Positions 1-12,689 of a stretch of 64,000 nt of DNA are shown piece after piece. The notes beneath the pieces were generated by a model. The model was given only the letters and a program-made list of their open reading frames with translations, was not told where the DNA came from and ran no database searches. Each line of letters begins with the position of its first letter. The stretch's first letter is position 1. The position numbers were made by a program, and so were the translations under genes. Source of the stretch: the human T2T-CHM13v2.0 reference genome, Homo sapiens. The stretch lies in the NCBI GenBank assembly GCA_009914755.4, contig CP068257.2, forward strand, positions 7,936,001-8,000,000. Direction: 5' to 3'.

Positions 1-137
1 AATCCTTTGTTTAATATTTTGCAGGTTCAATTTGTTTACTTGTGATGTACAGAGAGTTTTTTATACCTTCCCAGCTTATATTTGAATATTCCTTTTCAAG
101 GTTTTATAAAGAGATTTCTCTCCTTTACCCCTTTCAG

Positions 138-300
138 CGATGTGCATTTTGTAAGCACTTTGGAGCCACTATCAAATGCTGTGAAGAGAAATGTACCCAG
201 ATGTATCATTATCCTTGTGCTGCAGGAGCCGGCTCCTTTCAGGATTTCAGTCACATCTTCCTGCTTTGTCCAGAACACATTGACCAAGCTCCTGAAAGAT
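138..300 (+). CDS. BAGE2: Internal coding exon (163 nt), paralog of KMT2C exon 7 encoding an extended-PHD C4HC3 zinc finger (RCAFCKHFGATIKCCEEKCTQMYHYPCAAGAGSFQDFSHIFLLCPEHIDQAPER). The same exon read in the +1 frame gives DVHFVSTLEPLSNAVKRNVPRCIIILVLQEPAPFRISVTSSCFVQNTLTKLLKD, the C-terminal half of BAGE2/BAGE3-type proteins.
   Basis: The sequence shows a polypyrimidine tract plus CAG acceptor at 135-137 and a GAT|GTAAGT donor at 301. The frame is open and phase-compatible (54 codons + 1 nt). The peptide equals my recollection of KMT2C residues ~284-337 except L>F and T>S, which are the well-known paralog-derived pseudo-variants L291F and T316S. The alternate-frame peptide matches the recalled BAGE2 sequence except 2 residues. 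Which BAGE paralog this is remains uncertain. Confidence 0.7.
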
Positions 301-2323
301 GTAAGTTTACTACGCATAGACTTTTAAACTTCAACCAATGTATTTACTGAAAATAACAAATGTTGTAAATTCCCTGAGTGTTATTCTACTTGTATTAAAA
401 GGTAATAATACATAATCATTAAAATCTGAGGGATCATTGCCAGAGATTGTTGGGGAGGGAAATGTTATCAACGGTTTCATTGAAATTAAATCCAAAAAGT
501 TATTTCCTCAGAAAAATCAAATAAAGTTTGCATGTTTTTTATTCTTAAAACATTTTAAAAACCACTGTAGAATGATGTAAATAGGGACTGTGCAGTATTT
601 CTGACATATACTATAAAATTATTAAAAAGTCAATCAGTATTCAACATCTTTTACACTAAAAAGCCATCCAGTTGAAGAATTAGAAGACAGTTCACTCAGG
701 TGTTATTTCAGGATTTACGTTAATAGGAACACCAAACACTTCTGAAATTCTTGGAAATTGTGTATCCCTGATAGGTGTGATAGAAATCTCTGCTAGCACC
801 TTTTCATGATTCATCTATCTTAGTCATCTGTAATCTGCAGTTGTGCTGTTTTTCTTTCTTTTCCAAATAGTATTTTATAATTCAATGAAAATGTTTAAAT
901 GCTTGAAATTTACATTATACAGGAAATTATAACTCTACTATTGTATCATTAAATAGAGATCTCTCCTTTTTCTTACTAGGTGTTTTCCCAATGAGCATGT
1001 ATATTTTAGGATCTATTCTCTCTTAGTCTATTGAATTTCCAATCTTATTATGAAACCTCCATGATATTTTATTCAGTCTTTTTTATGTCACCTCTTAGTT
1101 ACCTAATGTTAGCTTTTACCTGTTCCTTAGCAATGTTGATAAAAGCTTTTTTTTTCCTATCTTCTCAAGGTCTGTGAAACATAAGTATAGCTACCCCAGG
1201 CTTAAACTAATCTCAAATACGGTTAGTGTACATGATCATTACCCTTTATCTTTGTTGAGTACCCTAATTTCATTTTCCATTAAAATTATTTTGTATCCAC
1301 ATATGTAATCATATCACCCTTAGTAACCTAGTGTACAGACAAATTATAGGTACGGCAAACTAAAATTTTAAATTATATTTAAGCTAATAAGGGATTTAAA
1401 GTTTTAAAATGCTTTAGATTGTACACTCTTCAATCTGGAAGAGAAGAACTTTCATGCACAGCAACTGTTGTGGCTACTATTTATGTACTGAGTTACTTCA
1501 GCAAGTGCATACACTGGCAGTTATCAGAGTGGATTATATTCTGGATGGCATAATAAATATACTTTGTCATCTCAATAAAACAATTTTATGTGTATGTAAG
1601 AATCTGAATTTTATTCAGCCTTTTGTGTAGTCATGCTTTAGACCTCAGTAAACAACATGCAAACTTGTATAAGAATGTTGCTCTAATGTTAGAACGTTTT
1701 TTACTCAATGGCAGTGCTACTTTCTACTGAAAACTGTGTTCTAATAGTGTATACCTTCAGTTACATGTTAGCAATCATAAATCAGTTTGTAAAATAATAA
1801 ACTAAATACTGAAGTGAGATAATTTGCTGTTGTTGATCATGTATATAATGAAAGGTTTATGGCAACATAAAGCTAAAAGACATACTAAAATTATGAGTAC
1901 TCTGCCTTTTTCCAAAATAGACTTATGGAGACTCATAAAAATACATGAGCAATAGGATAAAACTAAAAATAAGTAAGGAAATTTGGCAATGGAAAATTTA
2001 GATAGGATAAATATGAAGATAATAGAGAGACCCCCAAAAATATGTAATTCCAGACAAACCACAAATTTGGCCCCATACCTTTTCAACAGTCAATACAAAG
2101 AAGGACATATGAGCCCTTAATCTGATTCTTACTATTTATAACATCACTTGATATAATGATATAATAATAAGACATCCCTTGATAGAATGCAATGAAAAAT
2201 TGTCTTAAAGTAGCCACCTTGCAGTAGGAAAATACCAGTTTCATAGGGCTGTTTCTTATAGCAGCCTTCAAACTAAGTCAGTGGTATAAAATCAAGGCCT
2301 AAATGACTAAATTATATTTCTTT

Positions 2324-2325
<2 letters not shown>

Positions 2326-2372
<47 letters not shown>

Positions 2373-2654
2373 AGATGGAGTCTCGCTCTGTCACCCTGGC
2401 GGGAATGCAGTGGCATGGCCTTGGCTCACTGCAAACTCCGCTTTCTGGGTTCAGGTGATTTCTCCTGCCTCAGCCTCCCAAGTAGGTGGGATTACAGGCG
2501 CACATCATAACACCTGGCTAATTTTTTGTATTTTTAGTAGAGACGGGGTTTCACTATGTTGGCTAGATTTGTCTCGGACTCCTGACCTCGTGGTCTGCCC
2601 GTCTCAGCCTCCCAAACTGCTGGGATACAGAGGTGTGAGCCATCGTGCCCGGCC
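2326..2654 (-). mobile_element. Alu SINE, full length, with a 46-nt poly(T) (A-tail on the minus strand)
   Basis: Reverse-complement Alu consensus (gagatggagtctcgctctgtcacc...ggccgggcacgatgg) preceded by a T46 run. Confidence 0.9.
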
Positions 2655-4149
2655 TCCTTGGGGATCTTAAACAGTGCATTCTAACTACACAGCGTTCTCA
2701 CCCATCTGTTAAGAAGATCATAATCTTGGATTAAGTTCCAAGGATATAATTTAAAGAATATTGCAGATAGGATGTTTTGTCACATTTTTAACATCTTTTA
2801 TAAATATTTCTTCCTATCCTAATTGTGTGTCATGGCAGAAGTTACTTTTTATGCTTTAAAATGATACTGTCTTAAATCATAGTGTTATTATGAGGGTTAA
2901 ATGAACACAATGAATGGAATTCACATAACATTGTGCCTTGTATATATTAATTGCTTTAAAAAGGGTAGTTATTTTACCTCATATCTAAGGCTTAAGTTAT
3001 GAGAATGATAATACATATTGAGTATATGTATTTTCTGATGCTTCCTAAAGGGCAGAGCAGTAGCTGTGATAGTTGACTGAGTTAGGAGTAAGGTTGACCT
3101 CTTTTTATAAAAGTTGAGAAATTTAACAAAAGCATGTATCTCATTATAAAGAAATCCACTAAAGAGAGTATCTGTGAAGAAGGCCAAGATTTTCATCAGG
3201 AAACACTTTTAGGGTGCTCTGTCATAGGTAAATGGCTGGTCATTGTTGCAACATTATTTTCATGATGATACAAGGATACATTAACCTTGTCTGGAAATTT
3301 TACACTAAAAATCCATCTAGGAGATACAACCAGATATACTTCCTGAATAGGAAAACTGAATGGTAAGAAACCAATCATGCAAGATAAGAGGAAAGAACAT
3401 TCCAGGGAGAGGGAACAGACCACTACACAGACCTTGAGGAGTGGACTTGGCATGATTCATGAACAGACAGCATGTCATTTTACTTGGAGCATAGTAGCCT
3501 ACTAGGTGAGGGTAGTAGAGACATCATCAAGGCGAACAAAGGCTAGATCATGTAGGCTTGTAAGCAAGGGAAGGAGTTTGGGTTCTGTTCGGTCTGCAAT
3601 GAGAAGTTTTTGCAAGGTTTAAACATGGAAATGCTACATATCTTAATTCACCCCCTGTTCCTCAATGTATTTACTCATCATTTAGCTTTAATTCCTTTTA
3701 CTTCACTTAAGATTTAACTCCAGCCTCTTTTCTTTGGTTATCTTTGTATTTCTTGACATTAAGTCCTGCTGCTTTTCTTTTGCCCTAAATTCTGTCAGTC
3801 CTCTGACCTTTCTTATCTACCTGCCAATGATACGGTCTAGCCTCTTTGGATGACATCCATGATTTATTTTTTCTTTCCAGAGATTCTCTTTTATAGACAA
3901 ATCAGTCAGCCCAGTGTCCTGCCAGTAATGAAAATTGGCAGATGATAGGGTTTGATGGAAATTAGAAAGCAATGCTGATTTGGTCCTTCTTCAATTTACA
4001 CTGTATGACAGCTATTTTGACTTTTCTTGCTGTTCACCAATGCTTTTATTCTTTTGTGTTGTCTGGACTTTCTTAAGCAATAGTTTCATCAAGTTTAAGG
4101 ATCTGTGATAAGCTCTGTTCTAATTTAAGCTCAATGTTTTTGACTTTTT

Positions 4150-4562
4150 TATTTATCTCTTCTGTATTTGTGTATCTGAACACAAATACACCATGGAATA
4201 CTATGTGGCGATAAAAAAGGATGAGTTCCTGTCCTTTGTAGGGACACGGATGAAGATGGAAACCATCATTCTCAGCAAACTATTGCAAGGACAAAAAAAC
4301 AAACACTGCATGTTCTCACTCATAGGTGGGAATTGAACAATGAGAAACATGGACACAGGAAGGGGAACATCACACACCGGGGACTGTTGTGGGGTGGGGG
4401 GAGAGGGGAGGGATAGCATTAGGAGATATGCCTAATGCTAAATGACGAGTTAATGGGAGCAGCACACCAACATGGCACATGTATACATATGTAACAAACC
4501 TGCACGTTGTACACATGTACCCTAAAACTTAAAGTATAATAATAATAAAATTAAAAAAAAAA
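4150..4562 (+). mobile_element. LINE-1 3' end fragment (end of ORF2, 3'UTR and A-tail)
   Basis: Canonical L1PA 3' sequence ccatggaatactatg...cacatgtaccctaaaacttaaagtataataataataaaattaaaaaaaaaaa. Confidence 0.85.
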
Positions 4563-4618
4563 ACTGTGTGAACAAGGAATTCTTTGTCACATCTGTGCTT
4601 TGGTCAGTAATAGACCAG

Positions 4619-4819
4619 CAAGCAATTCATCCAGTCATCATGGGCGTGGCTCCAGGAGGACTTCCTGCGTCCATGGAAGGGATCATCCCTGGAGGCATCC
4701 CAGTGACTCACAACCTCCCGACAGTGGCACATACTTCCCAAGCGCCCTCTCCCAACCAGCCCACAATCACGGGGACAATCGAGAGCACCCCAACGAGAAA
4801 TAGTAGTGAATGCCAGAAG
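4619..4819 (+). other. Candidate cryptic exon of unknown origin: a 201-nt (67-codon) open frame bounded by an AG acceptor (4617-4618) and an AAG|GTAATC donor (4820)
   Basis: A polypyrimidine stretch and CAG lie upstream, with a consensus-like donor downstream. The frame is open and the region is also open on the opposite strand (GC-rich, non-repeat). No homolog recognised. It lies immediately after an L1 tail. Confidence 0.2.
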
Positions 4820-5959
4820 GTAATCATTTTGATACACTTGGGAACAAGGACAGTGAAAAATAGATGAACTAAGAGAAAAAGAATCTGACACTCTTTTTAG
4901 CTGATTCTGGACATATGCATCATTGATGTTGCAGTGTTAAAACTACAAGAGTTAGAAAGCTGAAGATGTTGTCTGTTTACGGAAGCTCTGAAAGACTAGG
5001 GTGTGATTTATTAACGACCAGCTTCCGTTATTGTGTGTTAAGTTTTTCATCTGTGCGTCAAATCACAAAGAATAAATAGAACTTTTTCCTTTATCAGTCC
5101 CTTGGGCACAGCAGGTCAGGAAAACCCTGCTCAGAATGTTGCATCAGGACTTCAAACATCAAAATAAAAACCATGAGGAGGAAATCCCCATCTTGTCACT
5201 TGAGTCCCTTCAGTGTACAGGGACTGGTTACAGCTTTTTGCTAATAGGAAGATCACATTATTAGAAAATATGGAGTAAACTGTTTGCCTGTGGTAGACAC
5301 CTGCACGCATAGGATTGAAGACAGTACCGGCTCCTGTAAAGAGAAGCGTCTCTCACATCTGAACTGCATGCTGAGAGGGCAAGTTGGTTGTAAGTTCAGA
5401 AAAAGCCTCCGATAATGCAAAAAAAAAAGCAGTATTAAGTTTCACAAGTTGTTTGTAATCAAAAATATTTTCTCAGTTTCAGATGCTCTGCTATTTTATT
5501 GAGTGGAAAGTCTTGCACTAAAAAGACTCAAGAAAAATAATGTTGCTTTTTCTTATGTCACAAGAAACACTTTTAATGGTAACTTGTCAGATTGTCTATG
5601 AACAAATCCACTTTTTAAGACACTGATAAAGTCTTCTTCACGTTGTATTTTATACAAGAACACTTCAGATGTATTGGATGTGACTGATGTTAACAAATCC
5701 TATTTGATTTGCATCGATTAGTTACATGTTCTGTTCATAGTCTTTTGTGAATCATTGCCTTTTTGTTTAAAAAGATGGCCTATTTTGATCTTTTGATTAG
5801 GTACCTTCCTGTTTTTGTGACAAAAGAAAAACTTTAAAATTGTCACAAACAGAAAAATAATGGCTATCAGAAGTATGCTTTATTTTAGTGCAAGTTACCG
5901 TTACTGTAGTTGTTTATTGTAAAGATGGACATTTAGCATTCAGTGCAGTTTTCAATAAA

Positions 5960-6960
5960 ATGTAATTAGAAAAAAACTGCTTAATTAACAAAAACAGAGC
6001 ATAGACAACAAAATAATATTAGAAGTGATACATAAAGAAAATGAGATATCAATAAAAAGATTTTTAGAAACCAACAAAAACTGTGAATCTGAATAACACA
6101 ATAACTATATTAAAATTTCAATCAAGTCACAAAAGCAGACTAATAAAGTAGAAAAAATCATACAATTTATGACACTGTAGTTATAAATACTGAGTCATGA
6201 AAACAAATTATTTAAACAGAATAGAGAAAAAAATATGGGACGTACTGCACACCATCAAGTAGACCATTGTATTTATAAAAGGAGTCTTAGAAAAAAAATA
6301 CAGCAGAAAAGTAATAAAGAGATTATTTTTAAAAAGTAGCTGAGAAATCCCCAGATGACAAGGTAATTAAACAAGAAGATATACTGCCAAACAAAAACCT
6401 TCAACTGGAATAATTTCACTTCAGAAATAAAAAAAAAGCCTTTCCAGAATAAATAAAAGTTGAGTGTGTTACTAACCACTAGATCAGTCCTAAAGGAAAT
6501 GTAAAAGAAAGTCTATCAAGTCCAAAAATGAAATGATGCTGCACAGCATCATAACAGCATATGAAAATAGAAAGTGCTATATTAAAGGTAAATATACAAA
6601 CAGGTATAGAAATCTCTACTGTCATAATGATGGTGCACAAAATTTTCAAAATATTGCTATGGAGTTTAAAAAATGAAGCACAAATCTGCATAAATGTGTG
6701 TTCATAGTTACTCAATAAGAAAAGATAATATGTGATATTAATAACACAGTGGGGGTATGAAAAGGTACAACTTTGCATTCATTTGAAATATGGTTGTTAT
6801 ATATTGTCATAACTGTAAGATGATTTATGAAGTCTATTTCTCAAGATGATTACCAAAAATACCTGTAGACCTCTGGTCGTCCTCCCACTGCTACATTCCC
6901 ACTAGCTCCACCACAGTTTACAAATGCCATGGCAATATCAGAAATTTACCCTACATGGTC
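5960..6960 (+). mobile_element. Ancient L1 (L1M-like) internal fragment
   Basis: A-rich, L1 ORF-like sequence with degraded coding potential. The family assignment is approximate. Confidence 0.35.
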
Positions 6961-7395
6961 TTAAAAAAAAAAAAAAGGAGGCATAAATAATCCACCTCTT
7001 GTTTAACATATTATCTAGAAATAACCATAAGAATGGGTTACCAGCAGCCCTTGGGCTGCTCTGTCTATAAAGTAGCCATTCTTTTATTCTTCTACTTTCT
7101 TAATAAACTTGCTATCACTTTACTCTATGGAGTCGCCCTGAATTCTTTCTTGCACCAGATCCAATAACCCTCTCTTGGAGTCTAGATCAGGACACCTTTC
7201 CTATAACAGAAGGATGGGAAACAACTGGAACCTTCATCAACAGCTGGCAGAGTGTAAACTGATACAGCCACTGCAAAATTTTTAGCAGTATCTCCTAAAA
7301 CTGTACGCATGCTCTATAAAGCACTTGCACTCCCAGACACAGATCAAATTAAAGTACACACGTGTGCACCGAAAGGTAAGGACAAGAAAGTTCAG

Positions 7396-7694
7396 GGCCG
7401 GGAACAGTGGCTCATGCCTGCAATTCCAGCACTTTGGGAGGCCGAGGCAAGCAGATCACCTGAGGTCAGGAGTTCGAGACCAGCCTGGCCAACATGGCAA
7501 AACCCCGTATCTACTAAAAAAAAATTAGCCAGGCGTGGTGGTGGGGACCTGTAATCCCAGCTTCTTGGGAGGCCGAGGCAGGGAGAATTGCTTGAACCCA
7601 GGAGGTGGAGGTTGCAGTGAGCTGAGATTGTGCCATTGCACTCCAGCCTGGGTGACAAGAGCAAGGCTCCATCTCCAAAAAGAAAGAAAGAAAG
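7396..7694 (+). mobile_element. Alu SINE, full length with an (AAAG)n tail
   Basis: ggccgggaacagtggctcatgcctg...gcactccagcctgggtgacaagagc plus tail. Confidence 0.9.
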
Positions 7695-7939
7695 TTTATA
7701 ATGGCATTACTCATAATGGACCCAAGCTTGGAAGAACCTGAATGTCAGCCAACAGCAGAACAGATAAACATATTGTGCAATATTAGTAAAGCTGAATGCA
7801 CACAACAATAAACAAACCACTGCCATGTGCAACACCATGGATAGAGCTCACAAGCCTAAAGCTGAGAAAAGCAGCCAAAAGAAAAGATCCCACTTATAAA
7901 GCGAATAATAGGAAAACTAATCTATAGTGTAAAAAGTCA

Positions 7940-8287
<348 letters not shown>

Positions 8288-8399
8288 TTAGGTGTTAACT
8301 ATGTGAAAATTTTGAGTTGTACGTTCATGATCTCCTTACCTGTATGCCTCTTATACCACAATAAAAAAAATTAAGTATGAGACTAACATAATAGAGCTT

Positions 8400-8990
8400 A
8401 AAATGTGCAGAAATTGAGGGAGCTCGCCCAAGGAAACCATTACTAAACAGATACTAAAAGATTTCAGACAGGAGGAAAATGATCCCAAGTGGAAGATCTG
8501 GGATATAAGAAGAAATGAAGAGCAGGAAAAAGACAGGTGAATATATGGATAAAACTAAACAAATGTGAAATGTATAAAACAATAGAAGTAATGTCCCATG
8601 AAATATAAAAAGAAAAATGATAAAATATATCAAAACAACTTTGATGGATCATAAGATAATTATGCTGAATAAAAAAACTCAATCTCAAAATATTAGACAT
8701 TGTATGGTTTCATTTACATGTGTTCTTGAAATAAAGTCACAGAGATGAAAAACCCATTAGTGGTTGCCAGGGGTCAGGGAGTGAGGAACGTGTTTGTGAC
8801 TATAAAATGGGTAGCACAAGGGATCCATCCTTCTGATGGAACTGTTCTGTATCTTGACGATGGTGATGGTGGTTAGGTATCTAATCTATATACACGATAA
8901 AATTTCATAGAACTAAATACACAAAAAAAACTAAAAGTGCACATAAAACTGGTGAAATCTGAAAAAGGTAGTTATGCAAGACGTTACCAT
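8400..8990 (+). mobile_element. Old L1 3' region (L1M/L1PB-like)
   Basis: ggttgccaggggtcagggagtgagg...ctgttctgtatcttgacgatggtgatggtggttag, the typical 3' end of older L1 families. Confidence 0.5.
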
Positions 8991-9551
8991 TGGGAGAAAC
9001 TGAGTGAAGACTATATTGGATTTCTTTATATTATTTCTTAAAAGCACCTGTGAATCTGCAATTATGTCAAAACAAAAAGTTGAAAATATACTGTTGTAGC
9101 ATAACTCAAGAGGAGTTTAATGCAATGAAAGTATTCTTAAGTTATCCTATCACCCAGGAGGAGGATAAATTTTCAACTTTCATAACTTAAATATGCACAT
9201 TTAAGTTAGCATGACAGTTACTAAAAGAATATAAACAAAGACTAACTTAAAATGACTAGAGAAGAAAAAAAATCCCACCAATTGAAAAGAAGGCAAGAAA
9301 GGAAAAAAGAAACATAAGTAGGATAAATAGAAAGTGACAAAATGACACAAACACACATGCATGTACATACACACCACTCACCATCTATACAGAATCCAAG
9401 TATGTCAGAATACAAATACATGCAAATGGACTAAGTAATCCAGTTAAAGATGGATAAATTGTTAAAATCCCATTCCATGCTATTTATAAGTCATATTTAA
9501 AATACAAAGATATAGAATGATTTTAAAAGGTATTAAAATATGTATCAGAGG

Positions 9552-9830
9552 AGCCGGGCTTGGCGGCACATGCCTTTAATCCCAGTGACTCAGGAAGCAG
9601 AGGTGAGAGGATCACTTGAGACCAAGAGCTCAAGACCAGCCTGGGCAATATAGCCAAATTCTATCTCTAAAGAAATAAAAACAATTATTTGGCAGTGGTG
9701 GCACACATCACTCTAAAGACTGAGGTAGGAGGATCATTTGAGCCCAGGAGTTTAAGGCAGCAGGGAGCCACAGACACGTCTGTGAACAGCCCCTGCACTA
9801 TAGCCTGGGCAGCACAGTGGAAAAAAAAAA
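9552..9830 (+). mobile_element. Old, diverged Alu (AluJ/FLAM-like dimer) with an A-tail, followed by (CA)9
   Basis: gagccgggcttggcggcacatgcctttaatcccag...gcactatagcctgggcagcacagtgg aaaaaaaaaa. Confidence 0.7.
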
Positions 9831-10432
9831 TACACACACACACACACACGTGAAAGATACACAGTGCAAAGTCTAACCAAAGTTACTATAGCTATATCAT
9901 ACATAATGTTGAAAGCATACATAAATGAAGGAAAACATTTCATTTTGATAAAAGTTCAAATTAAAAAAAAAGATGTATTTTTTTGAATCATATGCACCCA
10001 AGTACAGCCTCAAAAAGCAAAAGTTGACAGATGAGGAGACAGACAAATCCATGCTTCTAGTAGGATATTTAATATATCTCTCAGTAAATAAAGTATAAAA
10101 ATAATTAGGGAGGATGAAGATTTAAAATTATGAAAAAATAGAATAAATGCACACATACAGAACATGAGATTTAGCTGCAGAAATAGACTTCCCTTCAAGA
10201 AACTGTGGACAAGTTCAAAAATTAACCACATAGACGAGTGTTAAAACAAGTAAAAAATTTCAAAGAAAGTGGAGAGATCATAATTTCTGGTAACAATTTT
10301 AGAAACTTTCTAAAAGTATACTTTTAAATAGCCCATAGCTTGAAGATAACATAAGGCAAATTCATCATCAATTCTACATATTAAAAACTGTAGGATATAA
10401 TTAAATACATTCATAAGGGGAAAATGATAGTC

Positions 10433-10646
10433 TTTTTTTTTTTTTTTTTGAGATGGGGTCTCACTCTGTCACCCCGGCTGGAGTGCAGTAGCACAATCTT
10501 GGCTTACTACCCTCCACCTCCTGGGCTCAAGTGAGCCTCCCACCTCAGCCTCCCGAGTAGCTGGGACCACAGGCTCACACCACTATACCTGGCTAATTTT
10601 TTGTGTGTTTGGTAGAGATAAAGTTTCACCATGTTGTCCAAGCTGG
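10433..10646 (-). mobile_element. Alu SINE, 5'-truncated
   Basis: T-run plus gagatggggtctcactctgtcaccc...ggtagagataaagtttcaccatgttg. Confidence 0.85.
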
Positions 10647-10705
10647 GGAAATTTATAGTCTTAAATGAGAACATTAGAAAAGGAACTTGGAAAAAACATC
10701 AACAG

Positions 10706-10979
10706 ACCGGGCACAGTGGCTCAAGCATGTAATCCCAGCACTTTGGGAGGCCGAGGCAGGTGGATCATGAGGTCAAGAGATCGAGACAATCCTGCCCAAC
10801 ATGGTAAAACCCCATCTCTACTAAAAATACAAAAATTAGCTGGGTGTGGTGGCGCACACCTGTAGTCCCAGCTACTCTGGAGGCTGAGGCAGGAGAATTG
10901 CTTGAGCCGAGATTGTGCCACTGCACTCCAGCCTGGTGAAAGAGTGAGACTACGTCTCAAAAAAAAAAAAAAAAAAAAA
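10706..10979 (+). mobile_element. Alu SINE (AluS/Y-like) with a 22-nt A-tail
   Basis: ccgggcacagtggctcaagcatgtaatcccagcactttgggaggccgaggcaggtggatcatgaggtcaagagatcgagac. Confidence 0.9.
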
Positions 10980-11114
10980 CCTAAGCATCAGTCAATAAAT
11001 CAGACAAAGAACAAGTTAAATTCAAAGAAAGAAAAAGGAAAAACATAACAAACAAATGAAATACAAAAGAAACACACAATAGAATCAGCCAAGCTAAAAC
11101 TTGTGGTTCTTTTG

Positions 11115-11265
11115 GTTTTCAGATAGGGTCTCATTCTGTTGCCCAGGTTGGAGTTTAGTGGCTCAATCACAGCTTAGTACAGCCTCCCCCTTACAGGCTC
11201 AAGCGATCTTCCCACCTTTTCCTCTCAAAGTGCTGGGATTACAGGTATGAGCCACCATGCCCTGC
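11115..11265 (-). mobile_element. Alu fragment
   Basis: agatagggtctcattctgttgcccaggttggagt...caaagtgctgggattacaggtatgagccaccatgccc. Confidence 0.8.
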
Positions 11266-11370
11266 TAAAATCTGGTTCTTTAAAAATACATTATAAAATT
11301 CACAGACCTTTAGCAAGATTTGTCAAGAAAAAGCAGTCAAAAAACAATCTTGCACAGGAGGACTGTACTA

Positions 11371-11710
<340 letters not shown>

Positions 11711-11740
11711 TTATTTATGCCAACAGACTTTAAAGCATAG

Positions 11741-12043
<303 letters not shown>

Positions 12044-12044
12044 G

Positions 12045-12398
12045 ATATGAATTTCTAGGGAAAAAAATCAAAATTCACTCAAAAAGTAGAAAAAAAACTT
12101 ACATAGATTAAATATATTGAATCAGTAATGAAAAAACTTCCCATAAAGAAATTTCCAGGCCCAAGTGCCTTCACCAAAAAGTTCCATGAAACATACAAGA
12201 GAAACAAACCAACCAAACAAAAAAAAAACTCTTCCACTAACACAAACAGAATACAGAAAGAAGACTCCCCAGTTCATTTTACAAGGTTAAAATAAAAATA
12301 ACCTTGATATCAAAACCCAATAAGGCAAGGGCAAGAAAAAATATTTACAGGCCATCATTATTCAACGTGGATCAGAAATTATTTTTAAGATGTACTAG
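12045..12398 (+). mobile_element. L1 ORF2-derived fragment (old family)
   Basis: L1 ORF2 5'-region-like sequence (caaaacccaataaggcaagggcaagaaaaaatatttacaggccatcattattcaac). Confidence 0.45.
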
Positions 12399-12688
12399 CC
12401 AGGTGTGGTGGTCATACCTATAATCCTAGTAGTTTGGGAGGCCCGAGTGAGAGGATGGCCTGAGCTCAGGAGTTTGAGACCAGCCTGGGCAACAAGGCAA
12501 AATCCAGTCTTTATAAAAAATACAAAAATTAGCTGGGCATGGCAGCACACCTATAGACCCAGCTATTCAGGAGGCTGAGGTGGGAGGATCACTTGAGCCT
12601 AGCAGGTTGAGAATGCAGTGATCCCTGATCATGCCACTGTGCTCCAGCCTGGGCAACAGAGTGAGACCCTGTCTCAAAACAACAACAG
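12399..12688 (+). mobile_element. Alu SINE inserted in L1
   Basis: gccaggtgtggtggtcatacctataatcctag...ctccagcctgggcaacagagtgagaccctgtctc. Confidence 0.9.
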
Positions 12689-12689
12689 A

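Noticed and set aside
42-350. Track ORF 42..350 (102 aa) treated as a single gene
   Set aside because: The ORF runs through intron sequence on both sides. Only 138-300 has splice-site support (acceptor CAG at 135-137, donor GTAAGT at 301). The upstream Met/GTG start is an ORF-finder artefact.
4900-4990. Second possible exon-like segment after ctctttttag with a downstream AGG|GTGTGA
   Set aside because: It is short, not conserved-looking, has several in-frame stops in two frames and a weak donor. It was not distinguishable from chance.
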